From Octopus sinensis (Eukaryota), in contig NW_021826368.1 in the NCBI RefSeq assembly GCF_006345805.1, forward strand, positions 1 to 13,028: 13,028 bases of DNA. Direction: 5' to 3'. Of this stretch, positions 8,307 through 13,028 are shown piece after piece. Every line of letters begins with the position of its first letter. Position 1 is the first letter of the stretch. The notes under the pieces are model-generated. The model was not told where the DNA came from. It ran no database searches and worked only from the letters and a program-made list of their open reading frames with translations. The translations under genes were made by a program, and so were the position numbers.

Positions 8307-8460
8307 ACTACACTCTCGGAGTGGTTGGCGTTAGGAAGGGCATCCAGCTGTAGAAACACTGCCAGATCTGACTGGCCTGGTGCAGCCTTCGGGCTTGCCA
8401 GACCCCAGTTGAACCGTCCAACCCATGCTAGCATGGAAAGCGGACGTTAAACGATGATGA

Positions 8461-9196
8461 AATAAATAAATATATATTATAAATATATAAATATATATTA
8501 TAAATATATATATAAAATAAATAAATATATATTTCCATTTCTTTTTTTTTTTTCTTTGCTTAAACTCTGTAAACCTCCTGGCGTGTTTTCCCTCAGCTGT
8601 TTTATTATTTTTTTCTTATTATTATTATTAGAAGTATAGTCGCAATTAGTTTTATTATAGAAGAATTTGTCTGTTGCGACGGACAAATATATATATTTCC
8701 ATTTCTCTTTTCCTCTGCTTAGATATATATGTTTGTGTATATATATGTATATGTATCATATATATATGTATGTGTATATATTATATGTATATGTATAAAC
8801 TCTAAAATCTTTTGGCTTGTTTTCTTTCAGCTGTTTTATTATTATTTATTAATATTATTATTATTATTATTTTATTTTATTATCTATTATTATTATCACT
8901 TGTTAAATATATATGTGTGTATACATATATATGTATATGTGTTATATATATATGTGTGTGTGTATATACTATATATATATATAAACTCTGTAAAATCTCC
9001 TGGCCTGTTTTCTTTCAGCTGTTTTATTATTATTATTATTTTATTATTTCTTACTATTATTACTTTTGTTTATATATGTTTTTTTATTATTATTATTGTT
9101 TCTTTTTATACTCACTTGTTACTCTTGTCTATATATGTGCATGTGCACACGTGTATACATGTGTGTATGTGTGTGTGTGTGTATACATGTGTATGT
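8461..9196. repeat. AT-rich low-complexity region: (AT)n, (TAT)n, (GT)n, with a ~45-bp motif present three times
   Basis: AAACTCTGTAAA..CTCCTGGC.TGTTTTC..TCAGCTGTTTT-like copies at ~8562, ~8797 and ~8983, each followed by (TAT)n. Confidence 0.85.
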
Positions 9197-9496
9197 CCCA
9201 ATAGCTTCGTTTAGAATTCTGTCTGTCTCTTCAGTTCTCTCCCTTACGCTACTCTGTCTGTCTCTTCAGTTCTCTCCCTTACGCTTCTCTGTCTGTCTCT
9301 TCAGTTCTTTCCCTTACGCCCCTCCTTGGCCCAATAGCTTCGTTTAGAATTCTGTCTGTCTCTTCAGATCTCTCCCTTACGCTTCTCTGTCTGTCTCTTC
9401 AGTTCTCTCCCTTACGCTTCTCTGTCTGTCTCTTCAGTTCTCTCCCTTACGCTTCTCTGTCTGTCTCTTCAGTTCTCTCCTTACGCCTCTCCTTGT
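9197..9496. repeat. 35-bp pyrimidine-rich minisatellite in two higher-order blocks (3 + 4 units)
   Basis: TCTGTCTGTCTCTTCAGTTCTCTCCCTTACGCTTC at 9218, 9253 and 9288, then at 9351, 9386, 9421 and 9456. Each block is headed by CCCAATAGCTTCGTTTAGAAT (9197, 9330). Confidence 0.96.
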
Positions 9497-9613
9497 CGCT
9501 TCTACCTACTTTCCTCTCTCAGCTCTCAATCTCTCTCTGAGGCATAGACGCTTTCTCTATCTTCCTTCAGCTCTCAGTCTCTCCTCTCCTCTTCTCTCTT
9601 GCTCTCTTCTCTT

Positions 9614-9956
9614 GGCTCCCAATCTCTCCTTAAGTACATAGACGCTCTCTTCTCTATTACCCCTACCCCCCTATTGCACTATGGATAATATAAATTAATA
9701 TAATTAGATAGATAGATAGATAAAATATCAAGAATGTCCAGAGCCTGGAAACGTGATGAACTGGCGTGGTTCTTACTCTCGGCTCCCAATTTCTCCTTAA
9801 GTACATAGACGCTCTCTTCTCTACTCTCCTCCCAACCCTCCCCATATTGCACTATTAGATTAATATAAATTAATATAATATAATTAGATAGACAGATAGA
9901 TAGATAAAATATCAAGAATGTCCAGAACCTGAAAACGTGACGAACTGGCGTGGTTC
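9614..9956 (+). repeat. ~167-bp direct duplication containing (GATA)n and the ORF1 start codon
   Basis: GGCTCCCAAT.TCTCCTTAAGTACATAGACGC...AAAATATCAAGAATGTCCAGA.CCTG.AAACGTGA.GAACTGGCGTGGTTC occurs at 9614-9772 and 9781-9956. Confidence 0.95.
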
Positions 9957-10790
9957 CTGCAGGGTGGCAATGCGCTGACGAGAAAATCCAAATAATATAA
10001 TTACGGCTGCGCTGAAGAACAACGGATACAAAAGGACGTCAGCTCAAATAGAGCGGAAGAAGCAAGAATTTATACGCTCCTACGCACTTGTCAGATCGCA
10101 CATTAACACGCTGGATGCCATTTTTGACAGCGAAAAACGCGAACAAAGTAAAGATGGCAAGGATAGAGACGCGGGCGCTGATGAGGAGGGTCACCCCCAC
10201 CTGGTAGATGCCCAGGAAGAAAACTCCAGCGAGAGGCCTGTCCGGGAGATGAACCCAGGTGCGGATGCTCCTACCGGCACCAAAAGCCATGGACATGGAG
10301 ATGAAGAAGCCAAAAAAAGAGGAAAAACTGAAGCTAAAACTCAGACAAAGCCAAGGGGCAAGGCAGCCAGGGATAGAGGCAAACCTAACTATCCATATGC
10401 CAAAAAGGATGGAAACAAGCAGCGCACACGGGTATGTAGGTTCTACCTGAAAGGTGCCTGCCGGCATGGAGAAGAAGGTGCAGGCTGCCGCTTTGCACAC
10501 CGGGACCCTGCCACAGAAACCAACCACCGAAAGGAAATGGGATGGACCACGCATCACCTGCCCCAAAACGGAGGTACGCAGATGTGGTGCGTACCACAAA
10601 CCACCAACGTGTTGTTGAAAGGGCAGCTGCTGAGCAGGAATCTTTTTTGTGCATGGCACAAAAGATTGTACAGCAGCTAACCTGGCTCCATCAGGCTCAG
10701 GCTCGCAGATGGAACTGCCCACGGTTCACAAGACCGCCACAGCAGATGGACCCAGGGTGGACACGCGGCAACAGCATACACCTCACCTCG
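9918..10790 (+). pseudogene. ORF1-like protein: Myb/SANT-like N-terminus, charged linker, CCCH zinc finger (reconstructed)
   Basis: ATG at 9918, TGA at codon 5 (TGG in the upstream duplicate) and a frameshift near 9983-9986. The frame is then open from 9979: NPNNIITAALKNNGYKRTSAQIERKKQEFIRSYALVRSHINTLDAIF...CRFYLKGACRHGEEGAGCRFAH (10435-10500). A probable 1-bp loss at ~10501 leads into PCHRN...RRYADVV...QESFL. Confidence 0.7.
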
Positions 10791-13028
10791 ATGCTCCTAC
10801 TGAACATCAGAGGACTACTAACACACAGTAACAGGACAAAAGTCCCGTTCCTGAGAGACTTTGTCGCATGCAATCAAGCCTTATGCATAGCACTCACAGA
10901 AACGCATCTGAAACCGGACATAGCAGATGCGGAGTTACACATACCACAGTATGTTGTACTGGACGACAGGAAAGAAAGGAGTCATGGAGGAGTTGCTATG
11001 TACATCCGTGGGGACCTCACACCCCAGGTCCTTTTGTCATACTCAAACTCGGTGTGTGACACACTAATTGTACACATAAGGCAACTTGATGTAGTTGTGT
11101 GTGCTACATATCGCCCTCCAGATGCCCCAAGTCATATGGGCAAGTTTGAGGACTGCCTTTTAAAAATAGAAGAAGTTCTAACCACATTAGAACAACACAT
11201 AAGTGTACTTCTCATGGGAGACTTCAATCTACCGAATGTCAGATGGCCCGAGGGCCTTTCTCTCCCAGGAATGACAAGATGTGAACGAGGACAGGCGAGG
11301 TCCCTCCTGAACCTCATCAACACCCTGTACATGGAGCAAGTAATACTCCAAACAACCAAAGCAGGTAACACACTGTATCTCTGCTTCACAAATAATATGG
11401 ATCTCATCCATAATGTGAAAGTGACACCGACACTACTCTCGGATCACAACATGGTAGAGAGCCATGTACGGGCCAAAAGAGAGCACGGACATGCAGCCTA
11501 CAAGAAACCCTCAGAATCTTTCCAGCTTGAACTACCATAAGGCAAACTGGAACAAATTGAGAAAGAGATCCTCAAACAAAACTGGCCTGAATGTCTCTCC
11601 TCGCCGGACATCGACATGATACTTCAACAATTCATGTCTGTAATGCAAGCCATATGCTACAAATGTGTCCCAGAGAGAAGGCCACTGTACACAAGAACAA
11701 AATCCCCAGAGAGAGGAAAATTTTAATGAGACGGCGTACAAAAATTTCAAATCGCCTAAACAAACAAATTGAAAGCAGTGAAAAGTCCCGCCTGAAAATA
11801 AAACTGTTGGAAATTGAAAATTGTCTGCAACTCTCCCATGAGAAGGAAAGAGCAGACAAAGAAGCCTGGGCTATAGACAACATACGAACTAACCCCAGAG
11901 CTTTCTACAGGTATGCCAAAGAAACAGCTACGGTGCACTGTAGGAAAGGGCCACTCCTTGAAAAGGATGGCACACTCACAGGAAAACCAATGAGGGTAAG
12001 TGAAATACTGAATGAACAATTCAAGAGTGTTTTCACTCCACCCCTTGGGCATTTCCAAATCAGCAATCCAACTGACTTCATTACCACTGCAGATATAGAA
12101 TCAGAGGCGGCGACGATAAATTACATCGATATAAAGGAAGACGATGTAATAAAGGCTATAGATGAAATGAAAACAGACTCAGCTATTGGCCCCGATGGAT
12201 TCCCGGCAATCCTCCTAAAAGTATGTAAGAGAGTCTTAGCAAGACCACTGCAGTTCCTCTTTCAGAGCTTCCTTGCAGCTGGCAAACTTCCAAGAAAACT
12301 GAAGGAAGGTAAGGCCAAGAACTACAGACCTATCTCTCTGACCTCACACATCAGCAAGGTCATGGAACGAATAGTCAGAAGGAAACTAATCACCTTCCTT
12401 GAAGAAAATAACTTGCTGCCTGACACCCAACATGGTTTCCGACCAGGAAGAAGCTGCTTAACTCAGCTCCTGCAGCACTATGACTGGGTGCTGAAACAAC
12501 TGCTCAACCACTCAAATGTGGAAGTCATATATCTCGACTTCGCAAAGGCCTTCGATAAAGTCGATCATGGAATGATATGTCACAAACTGCGTGATCTTGG
12601 CATAGTTGGAAAACTAGGAGAATGGCTTCACGACTTTCTGAAGAATAGAAGTCAGGTGGTAGTAGCCAATGGGGCCACTTCCATTAGCACGCAAATAGTG
12701 AGCGGTGTTCCACAGGGCACTGTTTTGGGACCACTACTGTTCATAATGGCACTCTCAGACATGCCCTCAGCCACGCGGAGAGCCACGATCACAAGTTATG
12801 CAGATGATACAAAAGTTTCACAGGCAATACAGAACCCTGAAGACACTAAGCACCTGCAATATGAGCTGGACGATATATACAAGTGGGCTGAAAAGAATAG
12901 CATGCAGTTCAATGCTGAAAAGTTTCAAGCTTTTACTATCAGCATGCAAAACTGAATGCAATACCCAAAGAATACACTGGACCCGGAGGGATTGCAATCC
13001 CAGAGGCACAATCAGTGCGTGACCTGGG
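10791..13028 (+). pseudogene. CR1-like ORF2: AP endonuclease + reverse transcriptase, disrupted and incomplete at the window end
   Basis: APE motifs MLLLNIRGL, IALTETHL, HGGVAMY, YRPP, GDFNLP, SDH. RT motifs NYRPISLTS, QHGFR, DFAKAFDKV, GVPQGTVLGP, YADD (12797), ending VRDLG. Frameshifts at ~11460, ~11551, ~11676 and ~12935, and an apparent in-frame deletion at ~12310. Confidence 0.92.

Larger units (their letters stand above)
5055..8460 (+). mobile_element. 5'-truncated RTE-clade non-LTR retrotransposon (LINE)
   Basis: One APE+RT reading frame starting mid-endonuclease, a ~600-bp 3' UTR, and a terminal GGACGTTAAAC(GAT)n tail. Short tandem-repeat tails and the AYAPQ / AGDFNGHVG / GVHQGSVLSP motifs are typical of RTE. 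Confidence 0.92.
9614..13028 (+). mobile_element. CR1-like (Jockey-superfamily) LINE with ORF1 and ORF2; cut by the right window edge, 5' boundary uncertain
   Basis: ORF1-like region followed by APE and RT with CR1-type motifs: GDFNLP..W, QHGFRPGRSCLTQL, YLDFAKAFDKV, SGVPQGTVLGPLLF, YADD. Confidence 0.88.

Noticed and set aside
7852-8434. 150-aa minus-strand ORFs and an 86-aa plus-strand ORF with repeated peptides
   Set aside because: They arise because the 63-bp minisatellite unit is a multiple of 3. There is no evidence of coding function.
5048-8468. ATAAATA on both sides of the RTE as a target-site duplication
   Set aside because: Both flanks are AT-only low-complexity DNA, so a 7-bp match is expected by chance and the boundaries are ambiguous.
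9197-9496. CRISPR-like appearance of the 35-bp repeats (also the 63-bp repeats at 8101-8306)
   Set aside because: Units are head-to-tail with no unique spacers, there are no cas genes, and the context is eukaryotic.
1-13028. Idea that the neighbouring RTE or CR1-like RT mobilises the hammerhead array
   Set aside because: The array unit shares no visible 3'-tail similarity with either LINE. Proximity in a repeat-dense region is not evidence, and a Penelope-like partner elsewhere is at least as plausible.

Overview
Eukaryotic, repeat-only window with no host gene. It resembles cephalopod (octopus-like) DNA, inferred from the RTE 3' tail and the very long (AT)n tracts. (1) 1-3655 is a tandem array of about 6.6 near-identical ~557-bp units. 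On the minus strand each unit carries a 70-nt motif that folds as a type I hammerhead ribozyme (CUGAAGA core, GAAA, palindromic stem III, GUU cleavage triplet, extended stem I). The array ends in a 116-bp inverted copy of part of the unit. This looks like a ribozyme-bearing satellite, non-LTR retrozyme or Penelope-pLTR-derived array, and is the main finding. (2) 3770-5050 is an (AT)n microsatellite containing a 47-bp inverted RTE 3' tail. (3) ~5055-8460 is a 5'-truncated RTE-clade LINE (APE + RT) with a C4HC3 PHD-like finger inside the RT C-terminal region and a 3' UTR holding 63-bp repeats with H-type pseudoknot potential. (4) 8461-9956 holds low-complexity DNA, a hierarchical 35-bp minisatellite and a ~167-bp duplication. 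(5) ~9918 to the window end is a CR1-like LINE whose reconstructed ORF1 joins a Myb/SANT-like (trihelix-type) N-terminus to a CCCH finger and runs in frame into the APE-RT ORF. Most frameshifts are 1-bp losses, several in short homopolymers, so some may be assembly errors. All alignments and folds were done by eye.
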